A stretch of 64,000 nt of DNA from Catajapyx aquilonaris (Eukaryota): the NCBI GenBank assembly GCA_000934665.2, contig JYFJ02001399.1:1-64000 (forward strand), in the 5' to 3' direction. The notes beneath the pieces were generated by a model. It worked only from the letters and a program-made list of their open reading frames with translations, was not told the DNA's origin and did no database searches. The position numbers were made by a program, and so were the translations under genes. Position 1 is the stretch's first letter, and every line of letters begins with the position of its first letter. This document shows, piece after piece, positions 24,601 to 36,600 of this stretch.

Positions 24601-27600
24601 CCTGTAGGTCTTCCTTTGGGTCTTACCTCGAAATGTTCCTATCCAACATTGATTAGGACGGTCTGGACTGCAACATATCCAATTATCAGGCAAATCGAAC
24701 GGAAGACCACTGGTCCATACATTTTGTGCCATGTCCTTTGACTGACTCAGTTACATTCAAAAGACTCTGCAGGCCGCTATATGGCAGTGGAAAGCTACAA
24801 CAAAAACTACCTTTGTTGGTTCTGCATGCTGTGGTGATAACTGATGAATATATCAAGAAGAAAAGGCCTCTCTCAGGACTATTTGATACTTCTCAGTTCT
24901 ACATATTTAGTAGATTACTTCTGCTGATTGAAGGGAGATTAGTGTACTGAGGCCTACCTATCTCATTAACCCCTTCACTACCAGCTAGGCCGAAAACGCA
25001 TAGAATTTTCCCTAACGCAGACAATTTTCCCTTACGCCTACTGTGAAGTTACGGACAAGATATTTAACTAATAATAACAGCTATATTTACTCATTCATGG
25101 AAAACACTATGCATGTGTTTGGAACAATTTTACTCCTCCAGAATTCCCTAAATTAATTTCTAAAAAGGCCACCTTAACCCTTTGATGCCTGTTTTTTTTC
25201 AACCATTTTTTCCTTTTCTTAACAAAAATTGGTAGTAGCATAGGAGTAATATTCATGAAAAACAATATCTTCTGATATTTTTTTTTTTCCATTACCCCAC
25301 GGGGGGAGTTATGCTACTCCTTAGGGGGGGTGGGTTACCACCATTGGAATTTGATTTTTGGAGCGAGTTTAAGAAGATCTTAATTAGTGTACTCCAAGGG
25401 TGGGTGGGAGGGGATGTGCAAAGTGCAAGTGCAATGTCTCTAATCGTCATTTTGTGAACTCCCCCGGGTGGCTTAGTCTATCGGAAATTGCCACCCGAAA
25501 CGAAGCCAGAGATGGCCCAACTCTGCACGAAAGAAGGTGGGAACCCCGGGTGGGGATTGAACCCGGGACCTTAACTTCCGTGGGCGCGCGCGTTACCGCG
25601 GCGCCACTCCGTCTCCCCGATATGTTCTGATATTAATTTATCCTTTTAACTCATGGTGGTCCTTTTGAATGTAAAATGCCGAAAATATTCATTGACAGGG
25701 TGCTGCAAAAAAAATCATAAAGTGCAATTAACTTTAAATGCAATTAAATTAATATAAATTTTTAAAATCACTATAAAATTGTTACTATGGTTACAAAATA
25801 ATACTAAAACACTACTATCAGAAACTCCAAAGAGTCCAGACTTACGGGCCACCCTGTTATGACGCCGCGGGAGGGGGTATGTTTAGCTCATGCTGGGAGG
25901 CAGAAAAACTTATTAGCATACTCCATGATAGTTGAGCCCCCTTCTACGAGGTGGTAGGAGCAGTTTGAGACTCAAACTCCACCATTTCTGTCTAAACTCT
26001 AGCGTGCCTAGTTTAAAAACCAGCAAATCTTCCTATGACGATCGTAGGCCTCAAAGGGTTAAAAACTTGAAATTAGAGTACTACCGGCCAACTGTTAGAC
26101 TGATTTAATTATGAAATAGGCTAAAATATACTGAACAACAACCTTGAGAACCGTGCCAGACGAATTTGCTGAAATTGTCGTACTTTGCGAGAAATAAATT
26201 AATACTTATTTGCGGCTTGCTGCCACTTAGGAAAACTCCAAAGCAATTTGGGAGTTTTCGGAAGTGTCAAAAATCCGTAAATAAGTATTAATTCATATCT
26301 CGCAAAGTACGATGATTTCAGAAAATTCGTCGGGCACAGTTCTCAAGGTTGTTGTTCTGTATATTTGTGCATATTTCATAATTCAGTTGGCCGGCAGTAC
26401 TTGAATTTCGAGTTTTTAAGGTGGTCTTTTTGGAATTCATTTAAGAACTTCTAGAGGAGTAAATTTGTTTGCAACACATCCATAGTGTTTTCCATGAATG
26501 GGTAAATATAGCTGTTATTATTTGTAAAATATCTTGTTCGTATCTTCAGAGTAGGTGTAAGGGAAAATATAGGCCACGTTTTCGGCCTAGCTGGTAGCGA
26601 AGGGGTTAACAGTCTTGTTCTGCATCCCAGTGTTTTTTTTTAACCCTTAACACCAGATGACAGATTCAATCATTGCTCTGTTCAGCTGCACTGCTTCAAG
26701 AAAATACCCCCAGAAATGCCAGAGAGAGACAGGTTCAAGTTGATACTACTGTTGCTGACTCATCAACCTTTTTTGGAAGTAATTTTATAGTAGTTTCAAG
26801 CATTTTCATTGAAGAGCATGGTATTACATGTCGTTATATTTCAGGCACTCTCTGTAGAGGCAGAAAACACCCTTTTTTAAAGCACTTGAGGGGGTGAAAA
26901 TCAAAAACCCACAGCTCCAAAAAACAAAAACAAATTAGTTAGCGCCGGCAATGCATTCCTCATGCCATGGAGTACATAATACCTTAATATGTTATTTAAA
27001 ACCCTACAACAAAGCCGTCAAATGCAGGGGTGAAAAGTGACCTCCGTAACAAAAACCACCAGCTCCATCCCCACTCGCAGAAAATTACAGATCAAAAACC
27101 GCCAGCTCCATCACGAAACTAAAGCTATGGGAGACAGTACATACTGCGAAGCTCGTACGGATAACGACGGTGCGAATGAGATGCGCATTTAACAGAACAC
27201 CTTGTGTAATGCAATGGAACGTTGGTATGTAAGCGTGGAATAAACTTACACATTTACACGCCGGATAAACCTGTGTTTCATGTTTCCCTCACTCAATTTT
27301 GCATCAAAAACCGCCAACTCCCAGCTGTTGCAAATCAAAAACCGCCCAGTGGCGGAATGGACGGTCAACAGCTCATTGGGTAATGGCGGATGATTTCATA
27401 ATAACTTACCAATGGTTGTGTTGCTAGTAAAGGAATCTATAGCCGCTACATTCAGGTGTCTACGTTGACATACGGCGAAACTGTAGGTTTTTCTCGTTTT
27501 TCTCCGTTACGTTTATGACGGAGCTGTCGGTTTTTGATTTTCACCCCCTCACTTGTGTCCTATGCCACTGAAAATATTAAATATATTAATACTTGTTGAC

Positions 27601-30600
27601 AATGTGTTAATGCCATAAATTATTTATTTGTTAATGTTGTCATTCTGCAGGTGAAAGAACTGTATCATGCCCCTTTGTCATTGTTGGCAAAAGGAGCAAG
27701 TGTGCTAACAGAAGAACAACTGATTTCCATTAGTCCAATGGTTTGGGAGCTACTTCTTGAGCCTGGACAAGAGACTGCTGCTGCATCTGCTGCATTATTC
27801 ATTCTTGCAGCAATTAAGGCTCCAGAACATATTCAAGAACTCATGAGAAGTGACTTGGAACATTCAGATCCTACTCATCGCATCAATGCAATATTAAGGT
27901 CAGGTTCAAATTAAGCTGCTGCAATAATGACTAGTCTCGATTGTTAGTCCACACAAAACCTGGTTTATAATGGGCCCCTGTAGGCCTGTATGTTATTGAA
28001 AGTTCTTGTACTGGGAAGTAACATATTCTTCTGTGTGCCTTTTCTCACAAAAAATACTGCTAGTTTTAATCGTGATCTTGATTTTGGCCCATGCATCATT
28101 CAGGTTCCAAGTTCTCTGGAAATGCCGCCATCAAGTTTGGCCACACATGGAAGAAGGTGCACATGTGAGTTTCAAAGTCCCACCACCTGGAATTGAATTC
28201 ACACTGCCATCTCCAAAAATTGGCATTGAGTCTCTCCCTGTTGTGGACCCACCATGGATGCCTCAAGTCAAAACCAAAGTGGAAGAAGTTACTCTCAACC
28301 AGGATACCCATGTATGAAGGACAGCATCAGGTTAAAGAAATAAGATTATAATAACAAACATTTCATTACAGAGAGCGTTGGTTACTGCCACCAAGACACG
28401 TAAGAAACAGCAGGCTGAACTGGTGAAAATGGCTCTTCAAGCAGAAGAAGACAAGAAGCGATCTGAGAGAGAAAGCTTTCTTCTCACAACAATACCTATC
28501 ACAGCACAAGCTGCTTATGAGCCAAGTCTCTACCATGCTGTTGGTGATGATCATGAAGAAGGTGACGGCAGTTTAATATTATATCTTGCTCCTACTATTA
28601 CTTTGCAAGTTATTATAGACTTGGCAATGTAGGGCCATAAAATGAAGGTGTGTAGCAAATACAGTGAAACCTGCCCTTTACGGACCCTGGGTATAGCGGA
28701 AACCTATCCATTTCAGAATTTTTTATGGAAACTGGCATATACATGGGGATTCAATGTATTTTTTGACTGATATTACGGAACCTACCCAATGTGGAAACGG
28801 AAGGGATTTTTGGCTCTGTTCTGAGAAAATCTCTGTTCATAACGGAAATCAAAAGGTGCACATTATCTCCTACTAGTCACACAAATAGAAACTACGGCTG
28901 GGTTCACTCTCGGCCCTCCCGGGGGCCTCTGAGTAACCCTTATTGGACCGTCCGACACCACACTGTCTCATAATTGCTGGAATTGCTACCAGCTCATAGC
29001 CTTAAAAATACCTGTATTCATGAGGAAAAGGGGACTATTTTTTGTTGGAAAATGGAATGACGGCTTGTGAGGAGCCCAAGAAGATTGTGACTTGTGATTC
29101 GTAGGTGCCCTGCCTCCAAGTTTAGTTTCACTGTTCAGTCCAGTTTTAAAATGTCGGAGAAGAGAAAAGGGTTGACCCTTCCCTCCAACAGAGCAGGCAA
29201 AATTAATAGCCCAAAAACTGGCAAAATTGAGTATTTCAAATGGGTGGCTGGAAAGTTTCCGCAACAGACACAGAATTTCGTGGAAAACAGTGTGTGGTGA
29301 TGCAAGTGTCTTGAATCTGGAAGGATTAGAAAATTGGAAGGAGAAGGTAGGGAGCGTTTGTTTTGGCTATTCCAAGGAGGACATTTTCAACTGCAGCAAA
29401 ACTGCTCTTTTTTAAAAAGATGTGCTACATGCCAGGCTATTCCACAAAAATGTAACCCTTGCACGGCAACGTTTAAGGGTCTAAATCAGTGGTTCCCAAC
29501 CTTTTTTGGGTCGCGACCCCCTTTTATGATAATCAAGTAACTTGCGACCCCCCCCCNCCCCCCCTCCCCGAGGGTTAGTAGATGTTGAAAAAAACATGCA
29601 ATTTCCTAGAAAATTTATTTTATTTATTTATTTATTTTAGTTATTTTTTATTTTATAAAAATAACCGCAACCTCTCATGGCCCCCCTGGACCTGCTCCAT
29701 GGCACCCTTGGGGGGTCGCAACCCCCAGGTTGGGAACCACTGGTCTAAATACTGTACTGTATAGACTGATTTTGCACCATATTGATGTAAGATTCCAGGC
29801 AAAACAATCCTGGAACTTTTGCATATGGGGATAAGTGGTGAAGTTAGCAACTGAATCCTCTGTAGATGGGCCAGGGTCAAAAAAGTTTGAGAAACACTGT
29901 TCTGCAGAGATTCAATTGAGGATTTTCTTCTAGCAAGATTAGCAATGAACTGGCCCACACTTGTGCAAAATGTTATTTTTTTCGTGAATTTGGAATGGCT
30001 AATGGCCAATTTACTTGCACAGGAACAAAATAGCCAAAATCCTTAAATGAGTAAACTATATAAAGAATTATTGTCACATAAGTTAAAAGTATTTTGCCAG
30101 CTAATTAAAGTAGGTGCCTGTCAATTTTTCAGCAGCTCAAAGAGGAAATATATTGATCTCCCAATAGCCAGCCTATGAGTTGTTTGCACGAAGACAGAAT
30201 ATACTCGTACTTAGAAATGATGCGTCAAACTAACTGTTAGTGACCTAAACAGAAGCTCACATTATGACTCAGGCAACTGAGATAAAATTGTCCCTGTACG
30301 TGCAATACCATTTATCCATGGCGTACTTGCAATAATATACCTTCATTTTGGAGTAACTTTTGCATATTAATTTTACAGGCGATGAAGAGCAAATAGAAAC
30401 AGTGACTCGCAATACACCACATCTTCAAGCATCTCAGTTTCTCTTCCCATCATGTCTCTGTGCTGCTGTTGCACATATAATTAACTTGCTTGATGATGCT
30501 GCAGTTTCCTTAGATGGCATTGCAGTGTATGAAGTAGCTTATCAGGTATTCTGAAAACTTATATGGGGAAAAGATTAAATGGAGTAGAGTGAAAAATTTC

Positions 30601-33600
30601 ACTTTGATCAACAGGTGATCTGGACATGCTTGGTGGAAGACAGTGCTTTGTTCTTACGCTATATCCTGGAAAAATTGACCCGTGGGAAGCAAGATCTGAT
30701 GTTTAAAATTCTTCGGCGCCTCATCCTTTTTGTTCCCAAGTTGCCCCAGCAGGCTGCATTTGCACTATACAATTACATTATAGGTTATGTTATGTTTTAT
30801 GTACGATCGCCTCAAGAAGCTGGGCAAGAATTAATTGGCAGCGCTCTGTCAGTGCTTTGGATGGTTAGTATGAGACATTGACAGGACCATCCTTAAATTA
30901 CATACAACACTCAATTATTTTGTGGTGACCATTGTGTTGCTTCTAAGGGCTGTCACAACATTGTGGGTGTAATTTAAGGAATGGCATGATCGTTTAGAAC
31001 ATCGTGTTTTTAAAAATAATTGTACTTTTATTTTTTTAGGTTGTTCATAGTGTTCAGGGAATAATGTTTAAAGACCTGAAACAAATTCTGCGCAAAGAAC
31101 AATGTGATGCTTCCATCCTCCTCACAGCAAATGTCCCTTCTGCTAAGAAAATAATTGTCCATGGACCACAAGGTGGGTGACAACTGCACTTGACATAATT
31201 TTTACTTTGTGAGCTCTATATTATTTTGTGTATTTTACAGGCCCAGATTCTGGTGGTATACCATCCCAGTTTCCTGTGCAAGAAGACACACAATTTATAC
31301 AAATTCTTCGTGAATCACTGGACTTCTTTAGCATAGATGAAACTCAGCATCATGAATTTTTTCTTGTTGATCATAAGACTCGTAAGTATGTGAAAATATT
31401 TGATTTTAAAACACATTGCCTTATATTGTGGAATTACGTTTCAGACCAGATACACAATCCAAATGCATATGTAAGAGATTTCTACTTTTTTAAAAGATCA
31501 CAATACCCACAATTATCATTAGTACATATGGAACCCCAAGAAGCCTATCATGCTCTTCAGCGTCAGTCATTTATACTAAAATTTGTTGAAATAGGAAAAG
31601 TGATGCTCATCTGGTCTATTTTAAAGAATGTTGACATGGTGAGTAAGAACATATTATCTAACAAAATTAAAGTTTTATTGCATGTCACTTGGGGTGTCAG
31701 GCACGTGCATGTGTATAATACAAGAGTGAATCAAATGAAGCATGGTCAATCAAGAATACACAGAAAAGATTGCACATACATCAATAGAATTGGGCTGTTA
31801 GGCTTCCATAAGGTCTAATCTATCCCTTGACCAAATGGTTGTTATAAGAATGTCCCACCAGCTTCAAGAAAAATTAAATACTGTATAAGCCTCTCACTAA
31901 CCAAATTTGTACCCAACAGCCCTGAGCTGGTACTATGGGTGCCAAAAGAATTGACCGGAGTTGATGGGTATATGGCGCTATATACCCATCAACTCCGGTC
32001 AATTCTTTTGGCGCCCATAGTACCAAGCATTTCAAGGTGTTTGAGGTATTCAAATGGCATTTGTAAGGGCACATTTGCCTGTGATGGTTGAGATGTGGTG
32101 GAGATCTAGTGCTGCAATTGGGGTTCACCATGTCTTACTTAAGGGTAATTCCACACAGATGGGGACATTTTGGTTAAAAGTGAAAGTTTAAAAGCAAAAA
32201 CTCTCATGTTAACCAAAGTGTCACTGTTACTGTGGAATAACCCTCTTGAAGAATAAATGACTCCAGACCTATTGTCTTAAAACATTTTTACCCATGGACG
32301 AAGATGTCCCATCAGTTACCGATATGTTGTCCCATCTGTTATCTAGCTTAATTATCACTGTACCGATCACATGACAACAACTTACCGCATTACCTCTCAT
32401 AAAGCGGCATGCCGTAATAACTGAGGTAGATTTCCGTAATTTTGGTCCTTGCCGATTTTTTCGAATGCTTCTGGTACCATACTAAAATAATGTTACAATG
32501 AAAATGGGCGAGTGTACAGGCTGTGTGGATATGCAAGTTCTGTTGCACAGTGCATTTAAAAAATGTAGAGTGTGTGACCAATCCAACCATCAGCCTGCTT
32601 TGACAGGGGAACCCCCTGCTCCAACATACTGTTTAAATAGAGATTATTGCCAGACACTGCAATTGAAACAATATATGGTACGGGTACCATATTAGTAAAA
32701 TGTGGCTTTTCGATAGCCTTTACGTGAATTTAGATTTTCAGGCAAATGTCAAGTTCGGAAGGGATAATGTAATTTATGTGAAAACCTCGTCTTTACCAGC
32801 ATGCCGGTATAGCCACCAGATCATGTATTTCTAAAAACTGGGCGACCTCGACTACACCGGCATACCACTTTATCAGATGTAATCCGGTAATTTTGGAATG
32901 AACCTATTTTGTTGATATGACAGTCTTCTACAACATACTGCAAAATTGATTTCTGAGATGTTCACGAGAACAGAGTTTTACTATGATGTGTGCTACAATT
33001 CGGATGCGTCGTTTTGCTGTCCCATCTGTTACCGGACTTATTGAAATAAAATTGCCATATTAACACACAAATTACCAACATCTGAAGTTTCATAAACCTT
33101 AACACCATGACTATGCTTCCCTTGCAATGTTACATTATGTTCAAAAACAAGGGCGACATGAACATTGAATCGACTATGCAGTTCAGCTTATTTCCTTGCT
33201 TTCATTTGCCACCATCCTCCATTTCTTATCCTTATTCCTTCTGTCACCCTCCTCTTGGTGGGTAAGGTCCACTGTTGCCTTTTAATTGGCACTGTTGCCA
33301 TTCAGATATGAACAAAGTTTGGTCAATGGGTAGGCGAGACCATACTGAAGCCTAACAAGTATATTTTTACTATGTTTTTGCAATCATGTCCACTTATAGT
33401 TGAATGGCCAGGTTCCATTTGAAATGAAGTTTTATTCAAATGAAAGGTGTGCCTGTCCCACAGGTGCAAGTAAAAAAAATATCCCCGTGATATGATGTTT
33501 TTGAATGGGCTTGCAGATGTTATGGCCTCTCGGGAGCTTTTGCCTCTACCAACATTTCATACTTTCATCTAAAAATATATTGTTTAAATTTTATGTGGAG

Positions 33601-36600
33601 AACCCGTGGGGCAAACTTTCTGACCATTCTATAGTTGCTATACATGGAGTCTACATGAGATTAGTTATCAGGCATTTAATGTGCAATGTGAATGACGAGA
33701 AATAATTTTCCAGTTGTTTCATGTCTTTGCAGGTGGTTCAGAGAGTTGTCTTTCTTCATGAAGAACTGATGAAATTACCATCATTCCCTAGGAAAGCTTT
33801 GGAAGCTGATCTTGATCTTTATAAAGGAGGAGCAATGGGGAAGGTAATCTCATTTCAATATGTGAAGGCTTTCAAGTTCAACTATATGCTTTAGAGAGAA
33901 AAATTACAAGCCCTGTTCAGTGTGATTCGATGGATTTCGATGGATTCGATGTTGTAATTACTGTAGTTGATAGCGCCATTGTGCTTTTTACCAGTCTGCC
34001 TTGTCCATATAATATTGCTTATACTGTTTGATGTGTGAAATTGATTTTGCTGACTCATGTCCATCTGCCATATTGGCTCTTAAAATACCTGGACATCCTG
34101 TACTTGTACATCATTCCCCCCAAAAAGGGTACAGCCCTCGAAAGGGGTATCGTAATAAATAAATAAAATAAATAAATACTTGTACATCATACGTGATTAA
34201 TTTACGCTGATTTTTTTCAATTTTACCAGGAATTGCATGGTTTGGAGGTACTTCACAAGTTCATGTGGGTGAAGCTGATAGCCCGTATGTTTGAAGCCAT
34301 GGCAGGGAATTTTGCCTACTCTGGAGATGTTCATTTATTCCTCAATGTCCTCAGTGGAGCCTTGGCATTACACAGCCAAGATGCTTGTATTTTACGGTAC
34401 TCCATCACAGCTTTCATCAATGCAGCACAACAGTTCAAGAATATCTTCTCTACCAATGGGTATGTCAGGGTCTGAATTGTATTTTCATCTTCATGGTATA
34501 ATCATATCGGGTACAGAGTAGGTGCCAAATCATTTCTCTTGCAAAAATAGACTCTGCTTGCACATTAATATATTAAAGTACATTTTCAGGTACCTTCTGA
34601 TAATGCCAACCCTGTTGCTCATTTACTCAAACCACCAGAGCAATGAGCTTGTGACTGGGGCTGTGGAATTTGCATGCAAACAGTTTTATCTCATGCACAG
34701 AAAGCCTTTTATACTACAGATGTTTGGTAGTATTGCTACATTGCTGGATACAGATGAAGATAGCAGCTTTGGTGATGCTACCAAAGTATGCCAATGTCGG
34801 CCAATGTCCTCTTTTGACGTTTAAATATGGTCATACTGTAATGAGAATTTCTGCAGGTGCAGTCATCATGTTTATTCCGTTTGCTCATGTCCCTGGAGAC
34901 ACCCACTGATGATCCATTAAATATTCAAGAGTTGGTGAAAGGTGACAGACCTCCAAAAGCTCTTGACTTTTGTTATCACGAAGACAGTGACTCAATTACT
35001 GTACTGGATTGCATATCTATGTGTGTGATGGTTGTGGCCTATGCTGCTGATTCCCAGAGGGGACACCAGATGTTAGCTATTTTGGAAGCTATTCTTCCAT
35101 TTTACATGGCTCACATTCAGAGCACTGGGAATAAGAAGGAAACAAGGGTGGAAAAGGAAGCTATTCATCACATTGCAGTGGCAATGAAGACCCTCATAAA
35201 CAACTGTGAAGCACTGGCCAAGTACGGTGATAAAACCATTTGACTTGTGAAATCGTTTTAATGCATTTTTAAAACTCCATCCATGCCCCATTTTTAGGAA
35301 TTACACAGGTCCGCAGAAGGCCAGTCCTGATTTCAAGGGCTCTAGTCAGCGTAACTATAGCACTGGGCCATATTCACCTGGGTTTGAATTTGATGAAGAC
35401 TCACACTCACGATATATGAGTGACCATAGCAGAAGCAAAATGGTGTACGAGCGCGATGTGGAAGACTCAGAGGTAATCTTGGTTACATTTCCTGATGAAA
35501 AACATTTCACATTGATATTGCATAATGTTTAGGTGCTGCGAGATGAATTTCGACGTCCAAGAGACATATTGCTTTCTTTAGTGGCAGATTTTCTGTCTAA
35601 AGGAACTGCTCGCCTGACTGAGCTCAGTAAGAAGTCTGGACATGATGGAAAGTCCATAGAGCTTTTAGATACCAAATCCCATGTGGTAAGGACTCTTTTT
35701 AAAATGTATTTACAAGGTCAATAACCATTAATTTCCTGCTGCAGAGATTGGCAGATGTGGCACACAGTTTGCTCAAGGTGTCTCCTTATGACCCTGTAAC
35801 TATGGGGTGTAAGGGGCTTCAGCGATATCTGAATGAAATCTTACCCTCCACTGAGTGGGCTAATGAGGCAATGCGTCCAGCTCTTCTGACAATTCTTCGG
35901 AGGTTGGATAAAACCTTTAGCAAGATATACAAAAAACCATCCATTCGTGTAAGACTTTCAGACATACCGTACTGCCATAACTGTAAATCGAGTCTAAGAG
36001 TACATGTGTTAACACAAGCTTTTCACACAGAGACATACAGATTGGGAAGCAGCTGGAGGTTTACTGAAAGGAGTGTACCAGACCTTGTCAAAATATCCTT
36101 ACATAGTTCACCTGCAACATATGAAGACCCTTATAAACACGTGTCAGGTAAGATGGATGACTGTAATGAAATGTCTTGGTTTTAAAGTTTCCTCTTGTTA
36201 GTCTCTTATATTAGGTGAAAGTGCTCCAACAGCTCTTGGTGAGAGCCTGTCTGCAGCAAGTGCTGCACTCATGAGCCAAGTGCCACCTGCACATTTTTGT
36301 TCCATGGTGGTGCGACTCATTGCCATGCAGATTCTGGCCCTAGGAGTAAGTATAGTACTATTAACATGGTTCAGGTAGCAAATGACAGGGGTATTATAAT
36401 TAAGTCGTATGCAAATGAAACTCCCTAATGATATACCTGCTGGGTAAATGCACCCCCTTTTAAATTATACAGGGTGTTCCAGATTCAGGGGGCACTTTTT
36501 GGTAACCAATATCGCCCAATAGCAGTTATTTTTTGTAGCTTGTTGTGCCCCTAACCATGTGCTCCATTCTATAGCACCTGCTATATTAGACCCCCAGTGG

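Larger units (their letters stand above)
24970..26605. mobile_element. piggyBac-type fully palindromic MITE with nested insertions
   Basis: TTAA|CCCCTTC[AG]CTACCAGCTAGGCCGAAAACG TIR; arms meet near 26245; related copy at 41765-42562. Confidence 0.88.
31690..33460. mobile_element. Old, diverged fold-back element (about 150-bp arms) hosting younger inserts
   Basis: 31692-31836 imperfectly pairs with 33318-33460 (e.g. TGTTAGGCTTC...TTGACCAAA). Confidence 0.5.
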
